Shown here: piece after piece, positions 1 to 10,431 of the stretch
How positions within the stretch are numbered: position 1 is the stretch's first letter
How the letters are laid out: the number at the start of each line of letters is the position of its first letter
NCBI GenBank assembly: GCA_012520055.1
Contig: JAAYPA010000020.1
Location: 1-62,227, forward strand
Source: Mollicutes bacterium
GTDB lineage: Bacteria; Bacillota_I; Bacilli_A; RF39; UBA660
DNA: 62,227 nucleotides
Direction of reading: 5' to 3'
Translations under genes and position numbers: made by a program
The notes under the pieces: model-generated
The model's database searches: none
What the model was told of the DNA's origin: nothing
What the model saw: the letters and a program-made list of their open reading frames with translations, nothing else

Positions 1-485
1 ATGATGAATTAGAGTTATCAGAGTTATCTGTTAATAAAGAGATATCTTATAATTCATATTATTTAGGTGATCATAATAAGAATATATATTTAGTTGATAA
101 AAAAAATAAAAAAGAATATAAAATCAATCCTAAAAAAGGAATAGTTTCGGAAATAGGAAATGAAAATAAAAAAGGAGCTATTTATGATGAAAAATGGGAA
201 AATATATCCTTAAATAAATTGGTCAATAAAGAATATAAGTTTACTGAAAAAACTATATTTGATTATAAGATTATCAATGAACACTTATATTTAGATATAG
301 ATAAAAATTTAATTTTAGTTACCAATAATAAAGTAAAAGAAATTATATATACACATCAAGACGAAGTATATTATTTGGTAAAAAATGTTCTTTTCGTCTA
401 TTCTCCAAATTCCGGAGAGGTTAAGCTTTTAGAAAATTCTGAGTGGAATTTTAACTATCGTAATACTATATTCATTTTTGATTAA
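1..485 (+). CDS. C-terminal part of a protein whose start lies upstream of the window; function unknown
   Basis: The frame starting at base 3 is open from the window edge to the stop at 483-485. The track ORF 219..485 is only its tail. Confidence 0.5.
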   Translation, partial: DELELSELSVNKEISYNSYYLGDHNKNIYLVDKKNKKEYKINPKKGIVSEIGNENKKGAIYDEKWENISLNKLVNKEYKFTEKTIFDYKIINEHLYLDIDKNLILVTNNKVKEIIYTHQDEVYYLVKNVLFVYSPNSGEVKLLENSEWNFNYRNTIFIFD

Positions 486-527
486 CCAAAAAAAATAATC
501 TGAATATCCTATAACAAAGGTGATTAG

Positions 528-836
528 ATGGATAAAACAAATACATATTATGAAACTTATATAATAGAAAATGATACCAGTTTGTTTACTTTGGCCAAAG
601 AAAAAAATATTAATCCAAATTTACTGGCAGTTTTAAATGGCTTGGACGTAACAGATTATGTATACAAAGAGCAAATAGTTTTAATACCTAAAAGGAATTA
701 TTCATACTATATTACCAAAGAAGGAGATACACTTGAGTTAGTAGCAAAAATGTTTAATATTTCATTTAATAATTTGCTTAAGGATAATGAAACAATTTAT
801 TTAAAAGAGGGACAATTAATGGTTTCCAAGAAATAA
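528..836 (+). CDS. Small protein with two LysM peptidoglycan-binding repeats
   Basis: Two LysM-like segments ('YIIENDTSLFTLAKEKNINPNLLAVLNGL', 'YITKEGDTLELVAKMFNISFNNLLKDN'). SD 'aaaggtga' lies upstream. Confidence 0.7.
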   Translation: MDKTNTYYETYIIENDTSLFTLAKEKNINPNLLAVLNGLDVTDYVYKEQIVLIPKRNYSYYITKEGDTLELVAKMFNISFNNLLKDNETIYLKEGQLMVSKK

Positions 837-893
837 GAAAAAATATTTTTTCTTATTTTTTATGTTATAATTATTACAATAAGGGTGATAGTG

Positions 894-2492
894 ATGATAC
901 TAAAGAAGCCATATGCATTTTTAATTAAAAATTTTCGCATCATTCATATCATATTATCGGTTGTAATAATTGGTATTAATATTTTATATGGTAATATTAA
1001 TAATTTTTACTCTGGGTATGTAAAAGGTACTGTCAGAGATACGATTGGATTGGCTTCCAAATATATAGATCCTTTACTTTATCTTTTACTATTTATTGTT
1101 ATTACGTTTGCTTTGATAATGTTTTTATTAATGCGTAAAAAACAAAAACCAACTTTCTTTTATATAACGTTATTTATATATTATTTAATATTACTTATAA
1201 TGGTAATAATTGCAACAAATGTCATGAAATCTGTTGAAACCTCATCACTAACTCAACAGGCATCAAGAGCTTATCGAGATATTTATTTAATCGTATCACT
1301 ACCTAGATATTATTTTATGGTTATAAGTATCATTCGTGGTATTGGTTTTGATGTAAAAAAATTTAATTTTAGCAAAGACTTAGAAGAACTGGAAATTAAA
1401 AGTGAGGATAACGAAGAATTTGAATTTGTATTAGGTACAGAAGGATATAAATATAAAAGAAAAGTCAGAAGAACACTTAGAGAATTAAAATATTATATTT
1501 TGGAGAATAAATTTATTTTCAGTATTATAGTGGGTGGAGTATTAATCGTTATACTTAGCTCAGTAATTATTCATAATAATATTTTGAATAAAACTTATAA
1601 AGTAGGCAGTTCAGGGGCAATTGGTACATTTACTTATAATATGATTGGAGCTTATGAAACCAAATATGATTATAATGGTAAACTAATATCTAAAGGCAAA
1701 AAATATTTAATATTAGATATGATAATAATTAATCGTTCAGGTAATTCTCAAGTATTAACCAATGTTTCAATGTTTTTAAAAGCTGGGAATGATTCTATTT
1801 ATAATATGCCTTCTCTAAAAAATTACTTTGTAGATTTTGGTAAAACTTATCTTAACGATGAAATACCTGGTAACACTACCAATAATTATATATTAATTTT
1901 TGAGATAGATGATAAAACAAATTATAAAAACTATTATTTAAATATTTTAAAAAATATTGAAACAAAAGATGGAGAAACTTTCTATAATTATTCAAAATTT
2001 AAAATTAAACCGATCGTTCTAAATAATACTCCTGCTGTCTTAGAGAAGAAGCCAAATGAAGTTATGTATTTTGGTGCTAACATTTTTAAAGAAACTAATT
2101 TAACCTTTAAAAGCATTGAAATTAAATCAAGTTATGAATATAAATATGAAATTTGTAATAAAGAAGATTGCACCGAGTATTATGATGTGGTAGCACCGGA
2201 TAATTCTGCAGATAATTCTTTATTAGTATTAAATTATAAATTAGATGTGAAAGATAATATTGGTTTAAAACAAACTACCACAAGTGATAAAAGTTTTTTT
2301 GATAAATTTATTAAAATAGAATATAATTATTACGGGAAGATTGTTACTAAAAATGTAAATTCTAAAATAGTAAAAACATTAGATAACATAGTGTTTATAG
2401 AGATTCCTAAGGCAGCGATAAGATCAGATTTAGTGAATTTATTAATCTCTGGGCGAAATTATAAATATTACATAAATTTAAAAGAAATATAA
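894..2492 (+). CDS. Multi-pass membrane protein with a large C-terminal extracytoplasmic region; function unknown
   Basis: Several hydrophobic helices in the first ~230 aa. SD 'aagggtga' lies 5 nt before ATG 894, and the track start at 885 is an upstream GTG. Extended -10 'tgttataat' at 861-869. Confidence 0.55.
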   Translation: MILKKPYAFLIKNFRIIHIILSVVIIGINILYGNINNFYSGYVKGTVRDTIGLASKYIDPLLYLLLFIVITFALIMFLLMRKKQKPTFFYITLFIYYLILLIMVIIATNVMKSVETSSLTQQASRAYRDIYLIVSLPRYYFMVISIIRGIGFDVKKFNFSKDLEELEIKSEDNEEFEFVLGTEGYKYKRKVRRTLRELKYYILENKFIFSIIVGGVLIVILSSVIIHNNILNKTYKVGSSGAIGTFTYNMIGAYETKYDYNGKLISKGKKYLILDMIIINRSGNSQVLTNVSMFLKAGNDSIYNMPSLKNYFVDFGKTYLNDEIPGNTTNNYILIFEIDDKTNYKNYYLNILKNIETKDGETFYNYSKFKIKPIVLNNTPAVLEKKPNEVMYFGANIFKETNLTFKSIEIKSSYEYKYEICNKEDCTEYYDVVAPDNSADNSLLVLNYKLDVKDNIGLKQTTTSDKSFFDKFIKIEYNYYGKIVTKNVNSKIVKTLDNIVFIEIPKAAIRSDLVNLLISGRNYKYYINLKEI

Positions 2493-2532
2493 GTTGAAAA
2501 GATTATTTTTATCTGTTATAATCTTTTTACGT

Positions 2533-2606
2533 GGGGCTTTAGCCAAGTGGTAAGGCAAGGGACTGCAACTCCCTGAGCACCGGTTCAAATCCGGTAGGCC
2601 CCTCCA
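2533..2606 (+). tRNA. tRNA-Cys (anticodon GCA), CCA encoded
   Basis: Cloverleaf read by hand. Acceptor ggggctt/aggcccc, anticodon stem aggga/tccct with loop c-t-GCA-a-c, T arm accgg-ttcaaat-ccggt, discriminator U, terminal CCA. Confidence 0.9.
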
Positions 2607-2617
2607 ATTTGTATATT

Positions 2618-2651
2618 AGTTGAATTTTTTTATCAAGTTCAACTTTTTTTT
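2618..2651 (+). terminator. Intrinsic terminator after tRNA-Cys
   Basis: Stem agttgaa/ttcaact followed by a T-run. Confidence 0.7.
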
Positions 2652-2758
2652 GAAATTTTTTATAGATCATATATTTAATAATTGCAATGAAGCATAATTC
2701 TTTTTAAAAAATTTGGTTATTTAAAATAAAGGATACCTAAAATAATTAAAATAAAAGT

Positions 2759-2787
2759 TTGACATAAAACCGGCAAAACCGTATAAT
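2759..2787 (+). promoter_or_regulatory. Consensus sigma-A promoter for the lipid kinase gene
   Basis: TTGACA, 17-nt spacer, TATAAT, all exact. Confidence 0.75.
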
Positions 2788-2809
2788 CTATTAATGTAAG
2801 GTGATTATA

Positions 2810-3736
2810 GTGAATACTAAAACTTGTGCGCTTATTTATAATCCAAATAGTGGTCATATTTTAAAGCCAAGATATATAAAAGAATATAAGAAAATATTAA
2901 TTAAAAGCGGATATGACCCTCGCATACTTGGAACACAATATGCCGGACATGCCAAAGAAATTGTCAGTCATTTAGATAAAGTTGATTTGGTAATCTCTAT
3001 GGGTGGCGATGGGACTTTTAATGAAGTAATGAGCGGAAATTTTGAACGTAAAGACCGCTTAATACTTGCTCATATACCTGTTGGTACAACTAATGATATA
3101 GGTGTTATGTTCGGTTATGGTAAAGACATGAAACAAAATTTAAAAGATCTACTAGATGGCGTAGTAAAAGGAATGGATGTATGTTTAATTAATGGTAGAC
3201 CATTCGTATATGTTGCAGGGTTTGGGAAGTTTTTAAATGTTGCTTATGAAACACCTAGAGCTCTGAAAAAGAAATATGGTAAAATTGCTTATGCAATAGA
3301 AGGTTTTAAAGATTTTTTAAGACCAACCAAATTATATAATATTACATATCGTATTAATGGTATAGAAAAAAAAGGCTATTATTCATTTATGCTTATTTCT
3401 AATGCCAATCGAATCGCTGGTATTAATAATTTTTATAAGGACATCAAACTAGATGATGATCAATTTGAAGTATTATTTTGTAATTTTAAAAGAAGAATTG
3501 ATATTTTAAGAACTTTTAGTGTTTTACTCACTACCGATATTACTAAAGTATCAGGCTTAGAATTTTATCGAGCCAATAAATTAGAAGTTATTTTTGACAA
3601 CTATCCAAAAAAAGCTTGGTGTATAGATGGAGAAAAATTGGATAGAGCTGTTTTAAAATATGAAATTACTAATGAAAGAAATGTCCAAATAATGCTTCCA
3701 AAAAAGAACATAGATAAAATATTTGCAAATAAATAG
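2810..3736 (+). CDS. dagK: Diacylglycerol/lipid kinase (DagK / YegS / BmrU family)
   Basis: N-terminal 'ALIYNPNSG' and the 'GGDGTFNEV' motif. SD 'aaggtga' precedes GTG 2810, and the track start 2801 is 3 codons upstream. Confidence 0.85.
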   Translation: MNTKTCALIYNPNSGHILKPRYIKEYKKILIKSGYDPRILGTQYAGHAKEIVSHLDKVDLVISMGGDGTFNEVMSGNFERKDRLILAHIPVGTTNDIGVMFGYGKDMKQNLKDLLDGVVKGMDVCLINGRPFVYVAGFGKFLNVAYETPRALKKKYGKIAYAIEGFKDFLRPTKLYNITYRINGIEKKGYYSFMLISNANRIAGINNFYKDIKLDDDQFEVLFCNFKRRIDILRTFSVLLTTDITKVSGLEFYRANKLEVIFDNYPKKAWCIDGEKLDRAVLKYEITNERNVQIMLPKKNIDKIFANK

Positions 3737-3765
3737 AAAACAAAATCATGAGATTTTGTTTTTTT
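3737..3765 (+). terminator. Intrinsic terminator, copy 1 of a repeated palindrome
   Basis: 11-bp stem aaaacaaaatc/gattttgtttt, loop atga, T-run. The same stem recurs at 4008-4032. Confidence 0.75.
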
Positions 3766-3807
3766 AAAATTAGTGATATAATAAAATACATTTAAGGGTG
3801 GTTTTAT

Positions 3808-4002
3808 ATGTTAGTAGAAGAATATAATAGTATGCATAAAGCCGGTTCTAGAGGACCGTTAGAAAAATATTTTAAAACTAAAACATTACAAAGATTAAAA
3901 GGAAAGGGTCTTTTTTGTGGAATGGATTTTGTAGGAATTCCGGAAATGAGGCCTAAATATAAATATACAAGATTAGATCATTCAAAAACACTAAAATTAT
4001 AA
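3808..4002 (+). pseudogene. N-terminal relic of an HD-domain phosphohydrolase-like gene (64 codons only)
   Basis: 'LQRLKGKGLFCGMDFVGIPEMRPKYKYTRLDHS' resembles the start of HD-domain proteins (RL..I.Q.G....P....TR.EHS). The ORF stops just after the first HD element. Confidence 0.35.
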
Positions 4003-4007
4003 ATTAA

Positions 4008-4036
4008 AAAACAAAATCTATGATTTTGTTTTTTTA
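4008..4036. terminator. Bidirectional terminator, copy 2 of the repeated palindrome
   Basis: Same 11-bp stem aaaacaaaatc/gattttgtttt, loop tat. The yfhO stop codon (4018-4020) overlaps the stem-loop junction. Confidence 0.7.
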
Positions 4037-6570
4037 ATTTTACGACTTGATAAAGCTATGAAAGTTATAAGTGACACTGCACTGATGATACTACCAACTA
4101 CTATTCCTTTTGACTTAAATTTTAATTCGATAGTATTTTCTCCTGATTTAATATCAAATGCTAGAAGAGCATTACCAATTTTATAAGTTTCAATTTCTTC
4201 ACCATTGACTTTAACTTTCCAACCTTCGTCATAAGGTATAGAAGTATATAAAACACTATCTTTTTCAAGAGTAATATTTCCTTTAATATAATTTTCTGTA
4301 AAATCAGTAATATTAACTGAGTTATTAACTAACATGTTAGCCGCTTGTTCAAAATTTGTATTATTAATGGTGTATCCATAGAAACTATCTTTAGTATAGT
4401 TATTATATCCAACATATATACTATATTCTTTATCTTCAGTACGAGTATTTATAATATACTTTTCTCCAAAACTGATATAATCAAAAACTTCGATATCTTC
4501 ACTGGCTTCTTTGTAATAATCAATAAAGTCTTCCATAAAGTACATAGTGTCATTAACAATTATAAAGTCAATATCCGGGCTATTAATGTAGAAGTACATA
4601 TTATCTTTTACATTTTTATAAGTATACTTAATTACTTTTTTTGCATAATCATAAACTTTTTCAATTTTATTAGGAACCAGTTTTACTAAAGACTCCGGTA
4701 TCGAGCTGGCTTTTTCCATAAAGTCTTTTTGAATAAATAAAGGATCATCACTATTGTAATTCCATGATTTAATATCATTATTAATAGCAAACATTAACCC
4801 GGCATTATATTTGTTTTTAAAGACAATAACATCATCTTCATTGTAATAAAGTTCATATCTTTTAATGTCCCATGTATCACCGATAAAATATTTAATATTA
4901 AACATTAAGTCATAAATTGGGGTATTTTGTTTATAATAATAACTGTTTATTTTATTTCCCGGCATTGCCAGTTTATTTTGAAGATGGGCCATATTTTCAT
5001 AGGCCATTGAACTAAAAGTAGTTTGTCCATAATAGTTATACCAAGAAGGATCATTAAAGGTTAATATTTGTGTTCTTTCAATTCGATACATTTTAGATGA
5101 CTCATTTAATTTAACATATTCAAGAGCATTTTCCGTTTTATAATAATCAGAATAAAAATCATCAATATGTTGAAATATACTCCAATTATGATTTATAGAA
5201 ATAATTATTTCTGACATAGTTAAGATAATGAATAGACCAATAGTATATTTTTTAATGTTAGGAAAATTTTGATAAATTAAATAAAGAACAAAATATAAAG
5301 TTAGTACAACAAAATTTAAAAGAATCATTTGTTTGGCAATATTACCATATTTTAAAAAATATAATAACCCTATAAATATTAAATTTAGGAAGTACACAAT
5401 ACTAACATAGCGTATTTTCAATTCTTTTAAGTAATATAATGAATATCCAGCAATAATTACAAATACAAAGGAATATATAAATGAGTAACGGTATGGTAAA
5501 TCATTTGGAACATGAAAGGCATGCCATATAAAATCAAAAGGGGCATAAAAGAAACTTAAAATAAATATAAAAATTAAACTTAAGTAAAAAATTTTAATTT
5601 TTAGTTTAATTTTAGGATTAATTATAAACAATAATAATAGGGCAATTGTTAAAATACCGGTTGAAATGTTAGCTGCATTAGATATGCCTGATTTAAATAC
5701 TGTTCGATATATTCCGGTAAAATGATTACCTAAATATTCCCAAAAAGTAAAAGCATAATACTGACTGGTTGGCCAAGAATCCGATGTAGCACTAATTGAT
5801 TTGATACTTAAAAATAATGGGATTAAAAATAAGGCAGCAATTCCTCCGGCCAGTATTGAAGCTCCGGTAAATATTAATCCTTTTTTGATAATTACTTTAA
5901 CCTTTTTTTCTTTAATAAGAAGATAACCAATAAAATATATAACTGAAAATAAACATATCATATAACCTATAAAATAGTTAGCAATTAACATAATAGCTAA
6001 ACTAATAGTATATAAATAAAATTTATTTTCATTAACTATATTTTCAATACCTAATACAATCATTGGTAAAAATACCATACCATCCAACCACATTATGTTC
6101 CAATAGTAAGCGGTAAAATAAGCACAAAATCCATATAGCAAAGCTAGAGGTATAAAACAAAGACTTTTAATATTAAATTTTTTCTTAAAGAAATATACTA
6201 ATGTTACCGAAGACATAACTGCTTTTAGACCAATAATAAATGAAAATGATGTCAGTAAGTTATTTCGGTCAAATAAGAAAATAATAATATTAAAAGGACT
6301 TGATAAATAATTTAAAAAATTCCTGATAAAAGGAAGACCCATTCCCATCGAAAAAGAATATATTAAATTTGAACCATTTTTTATTCGATCAAAAAGTTCT
6401 CCAAGCATAGGTCCATATTGATGAAAGAAATCTACAGTTAATAAAGAATTCTTCCCATATGGAGACACATCTTGTAATATGTAGATAGCCGAAATGACTA
6501 TTAAACCACACAAAAAAGTAGTATAAACCAGTAAATTATTTTTAAAATGTTTTTTAACTCTAGTTAGCAT
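4018..6570 (-). CDS. yfhO: YfhO-family polytopic membrane glycosyltransferase
   Basis: About 850 aa with many TM helices followed by a soluble C-terminal domain and a final TM. SD 'aggtga' lies before ATG 6570, and the track start 6663 adds 31 unsupported codons. Confidence 0.75.
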   Translation of the reverse strand: MLTRVKKHFKNNLLVYTTFLCGLIVISAIYILQDVSPYGKNSLLTVDFFHQYGPMLGELFDRIKNGSNLIYSFSMGMGLPFIRNFLNYLSSPFNIIIFLFDRNNLLTSFSFIIGLKAVMSSVTLVYFFKKKFNIKSLCFIPLALLYGFCAYFTAYYWNIMWLDGMVFLPMIVLGIENIVNENKFYLYTISLAIMLIANYFIGYMICLFSVIYFIGYLLIKEKKVKVIIKKGLIFTGASILAGGIAALFLIPLFLSIKSISATSDSWPTSQYYAFTFWEYLGNHFTGIYRTVFKSGISNAANISTGILTIALLLLFIINPKIKLKIKIFYLSLIFIFILSFFYAPFDFIWHAFHVPNDLPYRYSFIYSFVFVIIAGYSLYYLKELKIRYVSIVYFLNLIFIGLLYFLKYGNIAKQMILLNFVVLTLYFVLYLIYQNFPNIKKYTIGLFIILTMSEIIISINHNWSIFQHIDDFYSDYYKTENALEYVKLNESSKMYRIERTQILTFNDPSWYNYYGQTTFSSMAYENMAHLQNKLAMPGNKINSYYYKQNTPIYDLMFNIKYFIGDTWDIKRYELYYNEDDVIVFKNKYNAGLMFAINNDIKSWNYNSDDPLFIQKDFMEKASSIPESLVKLVPNKIEKVYDYAKKVIKYTYKNVKDNMYFYINSPDIDFIIVNDTMYFMEDFIDYYKEASEDIEVFDYISFGEKYIINTRTEDKEYSIYVGYNNYTKDSFYGYTINNTNFEQAANMLVNNSVNITDFTENYIKGNITLEKDSVLYTSIPYDEGWKVKVNGEEIETYKIGNALLAFDIKSGENTIELKFKSKGIVVGSIISAVSLITFIALSSRKIKKTKS

Positions 6571-6664
6571 TTTATCACCTAAAATCATTATAACATGAAA
6601 ATTTTTATTGCAAAATAAAAGAAATAGATGTATGATTATCAAGCCGAGAAAGAAGAGATACATT

Positions 6665-8461
6665 ATGGATAAAATTATTAATATTGCCGTAGTGGCCCAT
6701 GTTGATGCCGGTAAAAGTACCTTAGTTGATGCCCTACTTAAACAAAATGGTGTTTTTAGAGAAAATGAAGTCGTAGTAAACCAAGTGATGGATCGTAATG
6801 ATTTGGAACGTGAAAGAGGGATAACTATCTATTCTAAAAACTGTGCTATTCGCTATAAGGACTATAAAATAAATATAGTTGATACTCCCGGACATGCCGA
6901 CTTTTCTTCTGAAGTAGAAAGAGTTATTAAAACGGTAGATACCGTTATTTTATTGGTTGATTCATCAGAGGGTCCAATGCCACAAACTAGATTTGTTTTG
7001 AAAAAAGCCTTAGAACATAATTTAAAACCAATTTTATTTATTAATAAAATAGATAAGGCAGATGCCCGTGCATCAGAAGTTGTTGATATGACTTTTGATC
7101 TTTTTTGTGAATTAAATGCTACTAATGAACAATTAGATTTTCCTATTATATATGGTATAGCTAAAAATGGTATTGCAAAGTATAGTATGGATGATGAGAA
7201 TGCTGATGTTAAACCATTACTAGATACTATTATAAATAAATACGAATATTATAAAGGCAATCCTCAAGATAATTTACAATTACAAGTATCTAATTTAGAG
7301 TATGATGAATATATTGGTAGACTAGGTACCGGACGTATTACTAAAGGAAGTATTAAAAAAGGAGAAACAGTCAGTCTAGTTAAAAATGATGGATCTACCG
7401 AAACTTTCAAAATTACTAAAATATTTGTTAATGAAGGAATATCTAAAATAGAAGTCAATGAGGCTTTTTATGGGGACATAGTAATTGTAGCTGGTTGTCC
7501 TGATATTTCGATAGGGGATACAATATGTACTTTTAATATACTTGATTCATTACCACCAATTGAAATAGAAAAACCAACTTTAAGTATGAACTTTGTAGTT
7601 AATGACGGTCCTCTTGCTGGTCAAAGTGGTAAATACTTAACCAATCGTCATTTAAAAGAAAGATTAGAACGAGAACTTGAAACCAATGTCGGTTTGGAAG
7701 TTGAAGAATTACCGAATAATGATGGATTCAAAGTAAGTGGTAGAGGGGAATTACATCTTTCTATCTTGCTTGAAAATATGCGTAGAGAAGGTTATGAACT
7801 ATGTGTAAGTAAACCAGAAGTTTTATATGAAGAAATTGATGGTAAAAAATGTGAACCTTTTGAATCTGTTATTATTAATGTACCAAGTGATTATGCCAGT
7901 ACCATTATTAGTGATCTACAAGAAAGAAAAGCTATACTAATGAAAATGCAACAAATTGACAATTATACTAATTTAGAGTTTGAAGCTCCAACCAGAGGTT
8001 TAATCGGATATCGTAGTAATTTCATTACTAATACTAAAGGTGAAGGCATCATGATCAGAAGTTTCCTAAGTTACAAACCATATGCGGGATTTATTCAAAC
8101 CAGAAAAACCGGTGTGTTAGTTAGTATGGAAAATGGTACTGCTTTAGGTTATTCATTATTTAATCTTCAAGAAAGAGGAAAATTAATTGTTAAACCAAGC
8201 ATGGATATTTATGTTGGTATGATAGTCGGTGTACATAACAGAGAAAACGATTTGAATGTTAACCCATGTAAAAATAAAGAATTAACTAACATGCGTAGCA
8301 AAAGCAGTGATGATGCTATCATGTTAACTCCACCACTGATCTTTACCTTAGAAACAGCTCTAGAATTCATTGAAAATGATGAATATGTAGAAATTACTCC
8401 GGAAATTATCCGATTACGTAAAAAAATATTAGATACAAAACTACGCTATAGGAATAAATAG
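6665..8461 (+). CDS. typA: Translational GTPase TypA/BipA
   Basis: 'NIAVVAHVDAGKSTLVD', 'DTPGHADF', 'NKIDK'. EF-G-like domain order. Confidence 0.95.
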   Translation: MDKIINIAVVAHVDAGKSTLVDALLKQNGVFRENEVVVNQVMDRNDLERERGITIYSKNCAIRYKDYKINIVDTPGHADFSSEVERVIKTVDTVILLVDSSEGPMPQTRFVLKKALEHNLKPILFINKIDKADARASEVVDMTFDLFCELNATNEQLDFPIIYGIAKNGIAKYSMDDENADVKPLLDTIINKYEYYKGNPQDNLQLQVSNLEYDEYIGRLGTGRITKGSIKKGETVSLVKNDGSTETFKITKIFVNEGISKIEVNEAFYGDIVIVAGCPDISIGDTICTFNILDSLPPIEIEKPTLSMNFVVNDGPLAGQSGKYLTNRHLKERLERELETNVGLEVEELPNNDGFKVSGRGELHLSILLENMRREGYELCVSKPEVLYEEIDGKKCEPFESVIINVPSDYASTIISDLQERKAILMKMQQIDNYTNLEFEAPTRGLIGYRSNFITNTKGEGIMIRSFLSYKPYAGFIQTRKTGVLVSMENGTALGYSLFNLQERGKLIVKPSMDIYVGMIVGVHNRENDLNVNPCKNKELTNMRSKSSDDAIMLTPPLIFTLETALEFIENDEYVEITPEIIRLRKKILDTKLRYRNK

Positions 8462-8521
8462 TAATACCTTGAATTATATTAAATTAGAAGTTATAATTTA
8501 TTATAGAAAGAGGTAGATAAA

Positions 8522-9061
8522 ATGGAACTAAAGGGAAGCCAAACTGAGAAGAATTTAATGACAGCTTTCTCCGGAGAGAGTGAAGCTAGAAATAAGTATA
8601 CATATTATGCTTCAAAAGCAAAAAAAGATGGTTATGAACAAATAGCAGCCATCTTTGAAGAAACAGCAGGTAATGAAAAAGAACATGCCAAATTATGGTT
8701 TAAACTATTAAAAGGTGGAGATATTCCTTCAACTTTGGATAATTTAAAAGATGCGGCAGCAGGTGAAGATTATGAAGCAACTGAAATGTATGCGGAGTTT
8801 GCCAAAGTAGCTTATGAAGAAGGTTTTGAACAAATTGCCAAACTATTTGAAGGTGTAGCTCAAATAGAAGCACATCATCGTGATCGTTATTTAAAATTAG
8901 TTGGAAATATTGAAAATAATTTAGTATTTCATAAAGGTGAAGAAGTTGTTTGGATTTGTCGTAATTGTGGACATATTTATTATGGAGAAGATGCTTTAAA
9001 AGTATGTCCTGTTTGTTCTCATCCTGAATCATTTATGGAACTAAGATGTGAAAATTATTAA
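8522..9061 (+). CDS. rbr: Rubrerythrin
   Basis: Ferritin-like E..EH motifs plus a C-terminal rubredoxin-like 'CRNCG...CPVCSHP'. Confidence 0.9.
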   Translation: MELKGSQTEKNLMTAFSGESEARNKYTYYASKAKKDGYEQIAAIFEETAGNEKEHAKLWFKLLKGGDIPSTLDNLKDAAAGEDYEATEMYAEFAKVAYEEGFEQIAKLFEGVAQIEAHHRDRYLKLVGNIENNLVFHKGEEVVWICRNCGHIYYGEDALKVCPVCSHPESFMELRCENY

Positions 9062-9086
9062 AAGAAGTCATATGACTTCTTTTTTG
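9062..9086. terminator. Bidirectional terminator between rbr and the convergent Fem-like gene
   Basis: Stem agaagtc/gacttct flanked by an A-run and a T-run. Confidence 0.7.
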
Positions 9087-10328
9087 TTATAAACCTTTGA
9101 AATTTTGTAGTTCTTTCATAATTAAATCTCGACTTTGTAATTTTCTGAAATTAAATTCATCAAGTATGATATCAAATTCCCCGATAAATTCATAAATTAT
9201 TGGGTTGAAATTTAATTTAAATTGATTATATTCATAGTATTTTGAATTGCTACTTAGATCTGAAGCCAACCCGTTTAAATCTATATAATCATATTCATCT
9301 TTATAAATTTCAAATAATTTATTATATAAATAATAGTTTGGATATAAATTTTTAAAATCTTTATTATATCCACTACATAGTATTGTAATACGATTTAAAT
9401 ACTTAATAACAATAGCTCCGGCAATATAATCATTATTACCTTTCTTTAATCCTTCGGTAGCCTCAATAATATCATTTTTAAGTTGTAATAAGAGCTTATC
9501 TGATTCCATTTTTTCATTTAAGTTCTCTTCATTAGGATTATCTTGAATTAAATTATTACATTCATTATTATGCTCTAATTCCATATCATAGTTTTCTTGA
9601 GCTTGAATTAAAAACTTTTTATAATCTACTTTTACTAAAATTAATTCTGCCATGCTTTGTTTAGAAAAAATATTTAAAAGATTACGAAGACTATTAATAT
9701 TAAAGTTTGTTTCATTTTTTATGAAATTATAAAAAATATTAATATCTTTACTGGTAGCAATTTCATAATCTAAACCTCTGCGATTAGCATAGTTAAGTAA
9801 GTCTTTAGTTTCTTCATTAAGTTTATTGACATCATATTTTTTTAAATTGATATAAGTACTGATTCTTGGTGCGATTAACTCTAAAGGTTCAACTTCTCTA
9901 CGACGTTTAAACTTTAAATCTTTTAAATCATCAATAATTTTAACATTTTGATTATATGTAGCAGCAAAATTTTTCTTAGAATCTAATTCCCCGATAATAA
10001 TTTCTGGGTTAATCTTAATAAATACTATTTTTCGATCTTTACATCTTTTAACAATATCTTTAACAAAACTAGCTACTAAATCTGCATTGTAATAATCAAT
10101 TAAAAAACCTCTTGGAGCATAAGCATATCTACATAATCCAATTCTTTTATATAAAATTAAAGATGCTGCAACTAAATTATGGCTATCATCTTCATAACCA
10201 ATATAATCATAACTGAAACCTTGTTCACCCATTAATCGGGCATATGCAGAAGTTTGACAGTAATTACGTAAAGGATGATTGGCTGCAAATTGATCAAAAC
10301 GATCCATTGTTAGCTCTATAATTCGCAT
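9087..10328 (-). CDS. FemAB-family peptidoglycan interpeptide-bridge aminoacyltransferase
   Basis: N-terminus '[25 protein letters not shown]', a central coiled-coil insert, and 413 aa, typical of FemX/FemAB-type proteins. Confidence 0.75.
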   Translation of the reverse strand: MRIIELTMDRFDQFAANHPLRNYCQTSAYARLMGEQGFSYDYIGYEDDSHNLVAASLILYKRIGLCRYAYAPRGFLIDYYNADLVASFVKDIVKRCKDRKIVFIKINPEIIIGELDSKKNFAATYNQNVKIIDDLKDLKFKRRREVEPLELIAPRISTYINLKKYDVNKLNEETKDLLNYANRRGLDYEIATSKDINIFYNFIKNETNFNINSLRNLLNIFSKQSMAELILVKVDYKKFLIQAQENYDMELEHNNECNNLIQDNPNEENLNEKMESDKLLLQLKNDIIEATEGLKKGNNDYIAGAIVIKYLNRITILCSGYNKDFKNLYPNYYLYNKLFEIYKDEYDYIDLNGLASDLSSNSKYYEYNQFKLNFNPIIYEFIGEFDIILDEFNFRKLQSRDLIMKELQNFKGL

Positions 10329-10431
10329 AAATAGCCACCTCTTAATAATTATAACACAAATATATTACATTTTTTCTAGCTTGCTTATATTTTACATTTA
10401 TTTTATAATTTTTTTAGAGAATGGTGAGAAA

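Noticed and set aside
4345-4689. Track ORFs antisense to or frame-shifted within strong genes: 4345..4689, 7264..7458, 8700..9032, 13219..13401, 14615..14803, 22438..22629, 24477..24662, 27764..28024, 28554..28766, 35742..35927, 36835..37017, 36930..37133, 37495..37689, 37907..38110, 41859..42095, 43682..43930, 44725..44922, 45601..45786, 49509..49718, 58838..59230, 61577..61789
   Set aside because: All lie fully inside well-supported conserved CDSs. They have low-complexity, Leu/Ile/Ser/Phe-rich translations typical of antisense AT-rich sequence, and none has an SD.
6571-6664. Overlapping 5' extensions of yfhO (to 6663) and typA (from 6608)
   Set aside because: Both extensions lack SDs and would overlap each other divergently. 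The internal starts (6570 with aggtga, and 6665 giving 'MDKIINIAVVAHVDAGKST') fit family N-termini.
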